A stretch of DNA of 64,000 bases, taken from contig OZ024743.1 of NCBI GenBank assembly GCA_964016885.1, positions 197,346,001-197,410,000 on the forward strand, in the 5' to 3' direction. Below are positions 1-12,331 of this stretch, one piece after another. Positions within the stretch are counted from its first letter, which is position 1. Each line of letters starts with the position of its first letter. The position numbers and the translations under genes were made by a program. The notes beneath the pieces were generated by a model. The model was not told the DNA's origin. It did no database searches and saw only the letters and a program-made list of their open reading frames with translations. This DNA comes from Eledone cirrhosa. Lineage: Eukaryota.

Positions 1-234
1 GCTTTCAAAAATGTTTGCTTACATAAAATTTTGCAATATATAAGTGTTAATGTCATGATAGTGCTCAAAATCACTAGATAGCAGTAGTTAAAACATGTAC
101 AGTAAATTTTGGTACCATATTTTTAATGAAAGTGACTGCATCATCATCGTTTAATGTCCATTTTCCACGCTAGCATGAGTTAGATGGGTTGTCCCATTAG
201 AGGCATGTCGGGTTTCTCTCTCTCTCTATTCTAT

Positions 235-620
235 ATCATCATCATCATTTTACATCTGTTTTTCCCTGCTTGCAAGGGTGGGACGGGAACTGATTCTGGC
301 CTGATTTCTACAGCTGGATGCCCTTCCTAACACCAACCTCATTTACAGTGAGTACTGGGTGCTTTTTTTTCCGTGGCCCCTACATGTCCACTTTACAGTG
401 TGGACTGGGTGTTTTTTTTGCTGTGGCACCTCCACGACCACTTTGCAGTGGAATGATATGGACCGCAGTCCTATCATCTCATTTCTACAGCTGAGTAAAC
501 TGGAGCAATGTGAAATAAAGTGTCTTGCTCAAGGAAACAACACATCACCCGGTCTGAGAATTGAACTCACAACCTTTCGATTGCAAGGCCAATGCTCTAA
601 CCACTAAGCCATGTGCCTCC
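235..620 (-). mobile_element. tRNA-derived SINE with RTE-type 3' tail (family S1)
   Basis: Minus strand begins GGAGGCACATGGCTTAGTGG (A box) ... GAGTTCAATTC (B box). Central CCTTGAGCAAGACACTT domain. Tail TTGGTGTTAGGAAGGGCATCCAGCTGTAGAAA ending in (GAT)n. Near-identical copies at 17.8, 39.4, 41.9 and 42.9 kb. Confidence 0.85.
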
Positions 621-733
621 ATTATATGTGTGTGTGTGTGAGTGTGTGTGAACCCCGAGTTCAATCAGGGTAACCACAGTAAGTGAAGTACTCAATAGAT
701 TAGTAGAGTATATACAAAATTTAATATAGAAAT

Positions 734-785
734 GGCTTCTACAGGACTAGAACTGTTTCATTCGAAAGAAATCATCAGGAAAGCC
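734..785 (-). ncRNA. Type I hammerhead ribozyme motif
   Basis: Minus: GGCTTTC-CTGATGA-T TTC TTTC GAA T-GAAA-CAG TTCTAGTC CTG-TA|GAAGCC. Stems I and III form; stem II is short (3 bp). Confidence 0.65.
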
Positions 786-788
786 AAC

Positions 789-820
<32 letters not shown>

Positions 821-1809
821 CGAGAGAGAGACACACACACATAGAGAGAAAGAGAGAGAGGGGGGGAGAAAGAGAGAGAGAATGAGAAAGGATTGGGTAT
901 ATATATATGCATTTGCATCTATCTATGTGAAATTATGCTACATACTACCTACCACTAATAGTTTCATACGAGCTTGAATATATCTAATGACAAATATGAG
1001 CTTGCATGTGGGTATGAATATGTATTTCCAAAGAAGTACACATGTGTGTGCCTGTGTATGTTTAGAGAGAGAAGGATCCCAGTGTGATACATAAATCTAT
1101 TACCAGAAAAATCAACTAGTTTGGTTACCAGAAAGCACTGCTCAAATCATGAACAATACTAAAATCAATACCAAGAATGGGAAGCAATAAGCAACAACAG
1201 AAAGAATTAACAGATGATAAGCAAACAGCATTGTTCAGTTAGAACCAATAAATTAATGTATACACCAGATTTCAATAACAAACCATAAAAAATATCACAT
1301 ATTCATTCATAGAACGTATGTGTACATGACTTTATGGCTGTTTACAAATATACTTAAGTAAATACATATTTTTGTAGTTGCGTGTTTAAATAGGGAACAG
1401 TGTTCCTTTCAAATGAGTTATACTAAAGACGTGGCTGTGTTTTAGATTAATCTTTTTTAAGAGATTTTTCATACTTCTATACTGGCCCTTTATATTTAGT
1501 TCGAAATGATAGCCGTCAAATCAAATGCAATGTAGTAAAATTAGATGAAAGAACATTACTTGACACCACTGTAGTTCTGTACAGAATTCCACAAAAAATA
1601 AAAAAGTATCTATGGAGGATTTACAAATAAGAAAATACAAATCAAAAATCAACACAGACACAAGAAATTAAGTATGAAAATTACCAGGACTTAAACACTG
1701 AATAATTTTCGAAATCTAGCATTGAAGATTTAACTAGTATTCCCAGGATCCTTTGCAACCTACTATATAGTGAGTACAGAACATGCCATTATTAACAACA
1801 TGCGAAGGT

Positions 1810-2020
1810 CAGTGGAAGGCAGTATCGATAGAGTGTCTGACAACATGCTTCGCAACCTAGTTACGGCCCTTTACTTTCTGAGTTTAAATCCAACCGAGGT
1901 TAGCATTGCCTTTCATCCTTACATGGTCGATAAAATAAAGTACCAGGAATACATTGAGGTCAATTTAGTCGACTTTCCCCTTCCATTCAAATTGCTGGCT
2001 TTGTGCCTAAAGTAGTAACA
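1810..2020 (+). mobile_element. Meta-domain SINE (family S2), diverged
   Basis: Contains the core TTGCCTTTCATCCTTACATGGTCGATAAAATAAAGTACCAG, repeated many times in the window. Confidence 0.7.
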
Positions 2021-2407
2021 ATTATTACCAACATGCTACATTGTCATTTTCCAAGCCAGCTTTGGTCAAAATCAGAGATCTATGTAACCCCAGAAAATGT
2101 CCATCAGCCAAACAATTCTTCACATCTATGAGACTTCCAGCAGATTTACAGCAGCTTGAAATATTTGACCACATTTGATTTGTTGTTTGAATTTCATGTT
2201 CGTCATCAAGGCCACATTGATTCCTTCCAGGACAGGGAAATGGCAAGGCAGACGGCATTGGCCAAATTCTGAAGGGCTAGACATGTTCATGTCACAAAAC
2301 TGCTGATAATGCAGAAATATTATCAAACTGTTAATATAAATATAATTAAGTCAGATCATGAATCAATATCTAGATCCAATATATATATATATATGTGTGT
2401 GTGTGTG

Positions 2408-2760
2408 TAAAAGGTAAACAGAAATAACAACACAATTGGTACAGTATATGGAAGGAATATATTACGTTAACGCTTGAAATAGCAGGAAGAGGGTCTAAAC
2501 GTTTCGGACGCTAGTCTATCATCAGAAGAAAGAATGAGAAATTAGATAGATTGAAGGGATGGGTGGAGTGGAATTGGAAAAAATGTTTTTAGAGATTGGA
2601 CGTTTTAAAGGTACTAGGATGGAAGTAAAAATAGATGGGAGAGAAGAAGGTGGTTTAAGAAGATTATAGTAGAGGAAAAGTGATAGAGAGTTGTGATACA
2701 TTGAAGTTGGTGATAACCACTGGATAGAACTGGTCATTCCGTATAGTTAACCATGATGCA
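2408..2760 (-). mobile_element. Penelope-like 3'-terminal (pLTR) fragment with degenerate minimal hammerhead
   Basis: Minus CTGATGA(2525-2519)-TAGACTAGCGTCC-GAAACGTT with palindromic AACGTT. Lies between microsatellites. The same terminus (TAAAAGGTAAACAGAAATAACAACACAAT) recurs at 63961. Confidence 0.5.
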
Positions 2761-2959
2761 ATACTATATATATATATATATAGTGGTCACTGTTGAAATC
2801 ATAACTGGTTGACAATCTCCCCATTAAATTTATGTGGTCACCAGGCATGGTTAGTTGTAGATTCACTATTTAGAGCCAGCTTAACTTATCCAGAGTGGAT
2901 ACTAACACAGGTAATAATATTAATATTATGTATATATATCTCTCTAGCTTTCTCTATAT

Positions 2960-3150
2960 AATAATTGTTTCTACTTTTGGCACAAGGCCAGCAATTACCC
3001 AGTGCATTACTGGTACTTTATTTCATCGACCCCGTGAGAATGAAAGGCAAAGTTAACCTCGGTGGGATTTGAACTCAGAATGGCAAGGACCGTAACTCTA
3101 TGTGTGAAGGCATGGCGACCGACTCTGTACCGATACTGCCAATCCATAAT
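2960..3150 (-). mobile_element. Meta-domain SINE (S2)
   Basis: ACTGGTACTTTATTTCATCGACCCCG...GAAAGGCAAAGTTAACCTC, with tRNA-like B box (GGGATTTGAACTC). Confidence 0.8.
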
Positions 3151-3283
3151 AATAAAAAATATTAGCTCTACTTTTATATATATTTCTTTACATTGACATA
3201 ACTTTCATCAAATGCTCTCTGGATTATGGTATTTTACCTTGCTAAAAGTAGAAATAATTATATATACACACATACCGATATGA

Positions 3284-4660
3284 AGAGATATGAAGATGGG
3301 GAAGGCAACCGGTCCATCGGGTATAGCTGCCGAGATGCTGAAGGCATCTGGGTCTGTAGGTCACACTATAACCACACATATCGTTAACCAGGTAATACTA
3401 GAAGGGGCCATACCAAAAGATTGGTGCAGTAGCATCATTGTCAACTGCTACAAAGGTAAAGGCGATGCACTAGATAGAGGAAACTATAGAGGTATAAAGT
3501 TGATGGACCAGGTCATGAAAGTAACAGAAAGAGTTATAGCACAGCTGATTAGGGACCGGGTGAATATAGACGAGATGCAATTTGGGTTTGTACCAGGGAG
3601 AGGCACCACTGATGCCCTCTTCCTTGTGAGGCAATTACAGGAAAAGTACCTAGCTAAAAGTAAGCCACTCTACTTGGCATTTGTCGACCTTGAGAAAGCC
3701 TTTGACAGAGTTCCACGTGCAGTAATCTGGTGGGCTCTTAGAAAACTAGGAGTAGATGAATGGCTTGTGAAAGCGGTACAAGCCATGTATAGGGGAGCAG
3801 TCAGCAAAGTTAGGATTAGCAATGAGTATAGCGAGGAATTTAGCGTACAGGTTGGGGTCCACCAGGGCTCTGTTCTTAGCCCTCTCCTGTTCATCATAGT
3901 CTCAGAATGAAAGGCAGACTGTATGATGCGTGTATCCGAACAGCGATGTTGCATGGTAGTGAGACCTGGGCGCTGAAGGTGGAAGACTTACGTAGATTAG
4001 AGAGAAACGAAGCCTGCATGCTCCGATGGATGTGTAACAGTAATATACGTGAACGACAAAGCATAAAGGAATTGAGAGAGAGACTGAGCATAAGAGGAAT
4101 CAAATGCTGCATGCAGGAGAGGCGGTTACGCTGGTATGGACATGTGATGCGTATGAAGGATGACAGCTGCATAAAAAGGTGCAGAGCACTAGAAGTTGAT
4201 GGAAACCGCGGAGTGGGGAGACCCAAGATGACTTGGGATGAGGTGATAAAAGCCGACCTTACCCAACTACACCTCTCAAAGACAATGACACACGACCGTG
4301 ACTTCTAGCGTCACGCAGTAATACAGGGTACCCGACCTCCCATGGGTACATGCTGAAGCATATAAACAATATGCCCCCACTCCCCCCACCGCAAGGTGGT
4401 CGTGGAGGTGCCACGGCAAAAAAGCACCCAGCCCACACTGTAAAGTGGACGTGTAGGCGCCACGAAAAAGCACCCAGCACTCACTGTAAATGAGGTTGGT
4501 GTTAGGAAGGGCATCCAGCTGTAGAAATCAAGTCAGATCAGTTCCTGTATGAGCAAGGCATGGTCAGCCGACCAGACACTGCCCACAACAGGACAACCCG
4601 TCTAACCCATGCTAGCGTGGAAGAACGGACGTAAAACGGTGATGATGATGATGATGATGA
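3284..4660 (+). mobile_element. RTE LINE copy (subfamily A), 5'-truncated and internally deleted
   Basis: ORF 3290-3910 (RT motifs NYRGI, FVDLEKAFD, GVHQGSVLSP) joined directly to C-terminal ORF 3907-4308. The YADD/PHD segment is missing. 3' UTR ends in (GAT)n. Nearly identical to the 28.5-32 kb copy. Confidence 0.93.
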
Positions 4661-4667
4661 CATACAT

Positions 4668-4698
<31 letters not shown>

Positions 4699-5045
4699 CA
4701 TATACACATATACGCACATATATACATATACACACACATATATATATATATACATATAAACACACACACACACATATATATATATACAGACACATATATA
4801 TATATACACACACACATATATATATACATACATACACACACACATATATACATACATACACACACACATATATATACACACACACACACACATATATATA
4901 TATACATACACACATATACATACATACACACACGCACACACACATATATACACACATATACATACACACACATATATACATATACACACACACATATATG
5001 TATCACATGTTATATATATATATATATATCACATTATACACATAT
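4660..5045. repeat. Compound (CA)n/(TA)n microsatellite
   Basis: Directly visible; source of the spurious CVYI/HTYI ORFs. Confidence 0.95.
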
Positions 5046-5046
5046 A

Positions 5047-5380
5047 TCATCATCATCAACGTTTAACGTCCGTGTTCCACGCTTGCATGGGTTTGGACGG
5101 GGGTAGTCCCACTTGAGGCAAGAGTGATTGTCTTGCTCGCATAGGACTGTCTGGCAGGTTTTCTACAGTTGGATGCCCTTCCTAACACCAACCACATTTA
5201 CAGTGTGGGTCTGGGAGGTTTTTACCGTGTTGCCTACACGGCCACATTACAGCGTGGACTGTGTGTTTTTTTGTCGTGACACCTACACGATCTCATTTGT
5301 TTCGGCCTGGATGGCGCGGCACCAACATAACTTTACATAGAATGGGGTGGTGTGGATGGGGTGGGGGTGGTGGGACGGGG
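5047..5380 (-). mobile_element. RTE subfamily B 3' UTR fragment
   Basis: Near-identical to 18780-19120, which is attached to an RTE C-terminal ORF; (ATC)n tail. Confidence 0.85.
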
Positions 5381-5789
5381 TATATGCACATCCACACATA
5401 CATGCAACCATGCACACACAATATGTAAAAACTACTCAACTCAAAATCATTGTAACAATGAACAATATGTAAACATTAATTTCATTTAGACCAAAGAACT
5501 CAGAATGTCAACAAAGACATACAATACAAGGATACAATAAAATAAAAACCAAAATTACCAATTATTTGTCTCAGTAGTTATTATTTGTTTCATTCATTTG
5601 TACAAAGTGCAGCAGTTTTGTAATATTATGCACAGTGAACGTGGCAATTTATATTGCAGTATTACTAAGATAGTCATAAAAAAACACATCACATAAACTC
5701 TATGTATTGCACCATTAGTAAATGACTGGATGCTTAAATGTTGATTTATTACAAGGCATGAAATCCCAGAATTATAGAGAAAACATAAA

Positions 5790-5793
5790 TGTA

Positions 5794-5825
<32 letters not shown>

Positions 5826-5982
5826 TGTATGTATGTGTGTGCGTGTGTATCTATGTATGTATGTTTATGTGTGTGCCTGTGTGTGTTTATGTGTGTTTGT
5901 GTGTGTATGAATGTGTGTGTGTAAGTGTGTGCTTGTATGTGTATGTGTGTGCATATGTCTGTGTGAGTATGCATGTGTGTGT
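5790..5982. repeat. (GT)n-rich microsatellite
   Basis: Directly visible. Confidence 0.9.
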
Positions 5983-6179
5983 AGGTCCTGTGTCAGTTCC
6001 AATCATGAGTGTTCCAGTTCTTTAAATAACAGAGCAGCCTGCTTGTAAAATTAATCTATTAGTTGGTCTGAGGAGGCTATAGTACAAGACACATGTCCAA
6101 GTGGTTCCACTGTGAGATAGCTCCTAGAACCACCTGGTCATAAAGTGGACTGCTTAACCATACAGCCCCGCCTGTATAT

Positions 6180-6490
6180 GATAATGGATTCTGATATAGG
6201 CACATAGCCAGCATGTTGGGGGGGGGGGGGGATCGATTAAATCAACTCCAGTGCATGACTGGTGTTTTATTTTATCCACTCTGTAAGGATGAAAGGCAAA
6301 GCTGAATCACTTCTACTTTTGGCACAAGGCCAGCAATTACCCCAGTGCATTACTGGAGCTTTATTTTATCGACCCAGTAAGGATGAAAGGCAAAGTTAAT
6401 CTTGGTGGGATTTGAACTCAGACCATAAAAGGCCATAACTATGCTGCAAAGCATGGTGTACGACCCTCTACCAATATTGCCAATCCACTG
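6180..6490 (-). mobile_element. Two adjacent Meta-domain SINE (S2) pieces
   Basis: Two successive AGGATGAAAGGCAAAG cores (about 6290 and 6385). Confidence 0.75.
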
Positions 6491-7689
6491 AAGCTTCTTC
6501 TTTAGATCTTTTTGCTTCCCATGGAGCATTGAACAATAGGATCCTCCATTCTATATGTTTGCAAGCCATAGGCCTGCTCCCAGACCAGGTGTCTGTTTGT
6601 TGTTTCTGTAGCAATTTTGATTAATGGAGGTAAGGACTATCTGCTTGAGCCAGCTGGACCTAGGAGACAAATCACTTCAATTTATTTTCAAAGGTAGAGT
6701 AGATAACAATATGCCCAGTACTGAAATAACGTTTCTTTAAATCATTTCACTCAACTTTCGTAGAGACTGTGGGTAATGGTTCATCCAGTTTTGAAATAAT
6801 GTTTCTTTAAATCCTGGTTAAAAGTATGCCTGATATTAAAATGTTTCTTTAGATCACATTATTTTCAAACTAACAGTAGATAATGATATGTCCTGTATTG
6901 AAATAATCATATACACTGTAAAAACCCCAGCAAAATTTAGTCCCGTCAGAGCAAGGTACGGCATGGCTAATCCTGGTCAGACTTGTCTTTTGATGCAAGC
7001 ATGGAAAAAAATGGACGTTAAATGGTGACGATGATGATAATATAAAGCCTGTTATCTCCACAATATCAATGTATATATAGTTAACAACAAACTATAAAGA
7101 ATCTGTTATCAACAAAAGCTAATATTTGAGTCTGTTATCATACAACACAAATATACAGGCAATTATAACCATACACCAATACCAATACCAATAAACCATA
7201 TCCCAATATGATAGAAATAAACAATAAAGCGATAAAGTCATATAAAACTTATCATACAATATCAATAAACAGGCTAACATCATTTGACAATGATATATAG
7301 AATGTTAAAAAAATATTTAAAAAAAAATGAAACCAGTGAATGGGGAAGGTGATGAGGAGGGTGGAATATGACAGACAAGGAGGATCAAAAAATAGTTTTC
7401 ATATTTTGTATACATGTGCAAAGGATGTAATGCTTTGCAATATGATTTGTGAAGAAATTTGAGAGAACGGTAAGAAATAAAAGCAAAGGAGAGCACATTG
7501 AAAAGGGAAGTAGAAATCATATGATTGCCAATGTTGCATATATAGGGAGGAGTAGTTCCTATTGAAATCACTATTATTCAGGATTAGGAATGCTTAGGTA
7601 TGACTTTTATTTGATGTAGACAGATTTGATGTATTTTGCAGGGTTTTTTTCTACAATTATATATATATATATATATACACATGCAGACC

Positions 7690-7739
<50 letters not shown>

Positions 7740-7755
7740 CACACACAAAAATATA

Positions 7756-7790
<35 letters not shown>

Positions 7791-7834
7791 TATATACACA
7801 CACAGACACATAAAATATATATATATATATATAT

Positions 7835-7892
7835 AGGAACAAATAAGACCCTGACGGCTGAGCTCAAGCCGTTTCGATGGCTAATTCTGTAC
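7835..7892 (-). mobile_element. Very short Penelope-like end in (TA)n, carrying the 3' half of a hammerhead
   Basis: Minus: GAAA-CGGCT TGAGCTC AGCCG-TC|AGGG (perfect stem III, GUC site). CTGANGA is absent. Confidence 0.5.
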
Positions 7893-10579
7893 ATATATAT
7901 ATATATTAGACACTACCTTTCATATGTTCTGGATGTTTAAAAGAGAGGTTGTAAGGTCATGATGAACTGGATCTGAGATCTAGGTTCAATTCCCAGTTGT
8001 AGCCATTTTTTAAACTCTTAATGTCAATTTTTCCATTGTCTCAACCCAGCCCCACAAAGAGTCAATAATGCTTATCAAACACAGCTAGATACTTGGGGTT
8101 ATGAAAGGTCAAAGTCACCAAATATAAGTACAATAAATCCTTCAAAAATCTGGTCCTCAATATATAATGAGAAATTCTGATTTTAGACCTATTTTTGTGT
8201 CACATTCAAATGGTAATTTTGTTTAAATGTATAACAGTGATTTTGGCTCAATAGCAAGTTTTTGTGACTAAAGCTTTAAAACAGGTATGGGCAACCTTTT
8301 TCAAGCAGTGGGACAAAGAGGATAAGTCTCATCATAAATTGGGCTACACTACTAAAAATTTCAAAGCAATTTTGAAATTAGATGTACCATTAAGAAAGCC
8401 AAAACAGGCTGCAGTTTGCCCTTGACTGCTTTGAAATATAGGAAAGTGGCTAATCAGTGAGATCAGTCTTTTAAAATTCATATTGTGAAGAACCTTCAGC
8501 GATCATGTGGAAAATCAATTATTAAAAATTTTCAAGATAAACTCTGTGACTAAGGACTATATGATCGACTATGTCTTTCATTGTTATTATTGACAGGCAG
8601 TGAATTGGTAGTTGTTACAGCCTTGGATATAATGTCTCACAACATTTGCTCTTCTCATCCCAGTGAAGTCTATTTTGTCTCTCTTTCTTACAATGTCAAT
8701 AAATAAGTACTGGTCAAGTACTTGAGTTGACTATGCTCTATATTTTTCTCTGTCAGGCACACACACAGGCAGTCTGGATATATATCTCCCTCTTTCTCTC
8801 TCAGAAACAGCTATGTTAAACTGAGAAGGGCCAAGAGGAAGAACTCACTATATCTCTTTCTCCATAAATGGGGAATGGTTGCACAAGAGACTAGTAACCT
8901 TCTTTCGTAAAAAAAAATAAAGAGATATACTACTGTAACTATGCAAGAATAGCTCAATGTGTAGTACAGCCCAGAACAGAAATTAAAAAAGAATATACGC
9001 CAGAATCTAATTATCTGAACTTTCAATGATAAAACTATGATGAATGTTAAGTTTAAAATTATTCAATATCTGTATAAAGACAGTTATTTGTGGATACCAA
9101 TATCTTTGTCATTAGCAAACATTAACATCAAAAATGTGATTATTCAATGCTAATATAATGACTGTCATTATCCAATACCAATGAAATATTAAATCTAACC
9201 TGGCAGGACAAAATCAATTATTACTCATAACTAACATAAAATTAGCAATTACCTAGAATTATTCATCCTTGTCTATCATTATTGCAAAGTCTATCATTAA
9301 TCTAAATCAATAGAAAGTCTATACCAACATATTAAAATACATTATACTGCCAGGCATAACAATATTTTTGGTTTCCTACTTATACATTAGATATTTCTTA
9401 TTTTTATTACCCATTTTCTTTTTTTATTTTTTTTATTTTTTCAGACATCTTCAAATTCTAAAATCAACAAAAATATATTCTTCAAATATACTCTTTTACC
9501 TGTTCCAGCCGACTGGCCGAGGCCCTGTTGCAGCACCGATTTATATAAACAGGCCGTGTCTATCCGGTTTAGAATAGGTACAATGTATCCTTGCATGTTG
9601 TGAGAAGTAGCTAAAAGGGTTGTTAACAAGAAGGGCACCCAGCTATAAATCATTGCCTCAAAAAATCCTGTCCAACCCATGCCAGAATAAAAAAAATCAC
9701 CATGATGATGATGATAAGAGCAATAGAGAAGATAAGTATGATAAGGTTACAACAATATAAGGGTAAATATACATCCCTGTCTTACTCTAATTTATATCTC
9801 CAACTGATTTATTGTGAAAGACTTACACCACACTTCAACTTTTACTTTATTGTGCAGAAACCATGTGATTGCAATTAAATTTTTGTGAGCAACTAAAATT
9901 AGCACTCTTTTTCCACAAACTTTTGTGATCTACAGAATCAAATGCCATGGTAATGTCAGAGAAAGCTATGTACAATGGTTTGTATTGTTCACAGCATCTC
10001 TCTGGTAGCTGAGAATATCATATCAATAGTGCCAGTGGAAATTTGAAAACTAGATTGAAATTCAGGTATATGTGTCTCCGATATGGAAATGAGTCTGTTG
10101 GACAGGATTCAAGCTAAAATTCTAGTAATTAACAAAACAAGATTTCTCAGTAGTTGCCTCAATTTGATATGTCTGCTTTCTTGAAGATAGTAATAATGGT
10201 TAGATTAGGTAGCATGTTGGTTCAAAAGTAGACTACAAGACATTGTATCATTACACCGTGTAACAAAAATGATTTTTTTCTCTGTTCCTGGCTTGTAATC
10301 ACTTTCTTTTGTGTTGCTTATGTCCCAAATAAATAAAAAAGTGCTATTAAACAGTTAAAAGTTTGGGTTTGTAAAAATTTTAAGCTATTCACTAGAATTA
10401 TTTGTATGCTGGATTTTACGTTGTATGTAAGTTTAATTTGCTTATGTTAAATGATTTTTTTTTATATGTTTCAGGTTAAATTAAAATGATAAAATAAAGA
10501 GTAATACTTAAAGAAAATTATAAAATGCAATAAAGTATAAAATTGTTAAAAAGTGGATTAAAGAGATTTATTGATACTG

Positions 10580-11758
10580 GGGTACCAGAAAAAGTTCCTC
10601 ACTTCCCAAACCAAAAAGAAGTCAATGACTTGGTCAGGGATATGGGTCTGACCAAGTCCAATGCAGAGCTATTCGTCTCCAGGATGAAGCAGTAGAACTT
10701 GGTCAAGGAGGAAGTGCAGGTGACAAGTCAGAGAAGTCGACACAAACCTTTCTCAGGCTTTTACACTCTTAGGGATGGCCTCTGCTTCTGCCATGACGTG
10801 CCTGGACTGTTTGACATTATTGGGGTGCCGTTTGTGCCCAAGGAGTGGCGGCTATTTAAGGACAGCTCCACCACAAGTTTGAAGGCTGTCCTCCTCCACA
10901 ATGGAAACAAGTTCCCGACACAGCCCCTAGCTCATTCAGTCTGCCTGAAGGAAGATTACTACAGTGTGAAAGTCCTCTTGGAAGCTCTGCAATACAACCA
11001 ATACAATTGGGAAATCATTGGAGACTTCAAGATGGTGGCTTTCCTGCTTGGACTCCAAGGAGGCTTTATCAAATTCCAATGCTTCCTCTGCCTTTGGAAC
11101 AGCAGAGCCACCTCTGACCACTACAAAAGAAAGAACTGGGAGCAGCGAACAGAATTTGTAGTTGGGACCCGGAACATCATATGGGAGCCACTGGTTGATT
11201 CCAAGATTGTGCTCATGCCGCCACTGCACATTAAGTTGGGGTTGATGAAGCAGTTTGTGAAGGCTCTCAACCAAGAATCAGCCGCTTTTAAGTACCTTCT
11301 TGAGTTCTTCCCCAAGTTATCTGAGACCAAAATCAAAGGTGGAATTTTTGTTGGACCTCAGATAAAGAAGGTGTTTGAGTCTACCGAGTTCTCCAATAAG
11401 CTCAATAGGATTGAGAGCATGGAACTGTTTCAAAGCAGTTGTTAAGGGCTTCTTGGGCAACTACAGAGCTGAAAACTACCAGCAACTGGTGCAGGATCTG
11501 ATAAAGGCTTTTGACGCCATGGGATGCAGGATGTCACTTAAACTCCATATGCTGGACGCTCACCTGGAAAAATTCAAGGACAATATGGGCGCCTACTCAG
11601 AAGAACAAGGCGAACGATTCCACCAAGATGTGAAAGAGATAGAGCAGAGGTACCAGGGCCACTACAATGAAAAAATGATGGGGGACTATATCTGGGGGCT
11701 AGTGCGGGAATGCGACCTGGACTACAACCGCAAATCCAAGAAATCCAGTCATTTCTGA
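10580..11758 (+). pseudogene. Chapaev3-like DDE transposase pseudogene
   Basis: Motifs EWRLF.DSS..SLKAVLLHNGN, GDFKMV, CFLCLW, PPLHIKLG, MSLKLH...H, SEEQGERFHQD. Premature TAG near 10692 and frameshift near 11410; N-terminus missing. Confidence 0.82.
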
Positions 11759-11962
11759 CGTGTATAAGTTGCTTTATAAGTGTTATTTGTTTTTCATTGT
11801 TTGCTTTTGATAAGCTTGTGTAATAAAATAAATATATACTCTGTTGATTTAATTATATGAACTGATAAATTAAAAAAAAACGTGTTTTTTCTTGAAAAAT
11901 ATGAAAATTTAGAAATATCAAACTCCTGACCACAAACCCTGATTAAATAATAGTGTTTTTTT

Positions 11963-12063
11963 TAATAATTGTTTCTACTTTAGGCACAAGGCCAGCAATT
12001 ACCCAAAACATTACTGGTACTTTATTTTATCGACCCCGTAAGGATGAAAGGTAAAGTTAACCT
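11963..12063 (-). mobile_element. S2 SINE fragment inserted in the Chapaev element
   Basis: S2 core flanked by duplicated GTGTTTTTTTAATAAT. Confidence 0.7.
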
Positions 12064-12331
12064 GTGTTTTTTTAATAATAATGGGATATAACAAACCAGT
12101 AAATGACACTTAGAACCGGGGAACAAAAAATATGTTACACGGTGTTATTAGCAAAGTGTTTTTTAGTATTTAAATACTGCCAAAGTTGACAAAACATTTC
12201 ATGTGTTATTGCTTTGACAGAGATAAGCCTTGGTCAAGCTGACCCTCTCATCTTTTTGTATATCATGAACTATAGCCAGTAAATCCTTCTTTCCTATGAT
12301 GATAGAGGGGAATTTGGCTGTTATTTCTAAT

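Larger units (their letters stand above)
10254..12144 (+). mobile_element. Chapaev3-type (CMC superfamily) DNA transposon, defective
   Basis: 12-bp perfect TIR CACCGTGTAACA...TGTTACACGGTG, flanked by TTA on both sides (10251-3, 12145-7; a 3-bp TWA TSD). Transposase remnants inside. Confidence 0.8.

Noticed and set aside
9485-9580. Minus-strand exon ending CAG|GTAAAAG
   Set aside because: Resembles a dispersed repeat tail (similar sequence at about 46440-46500) and has no protein support.
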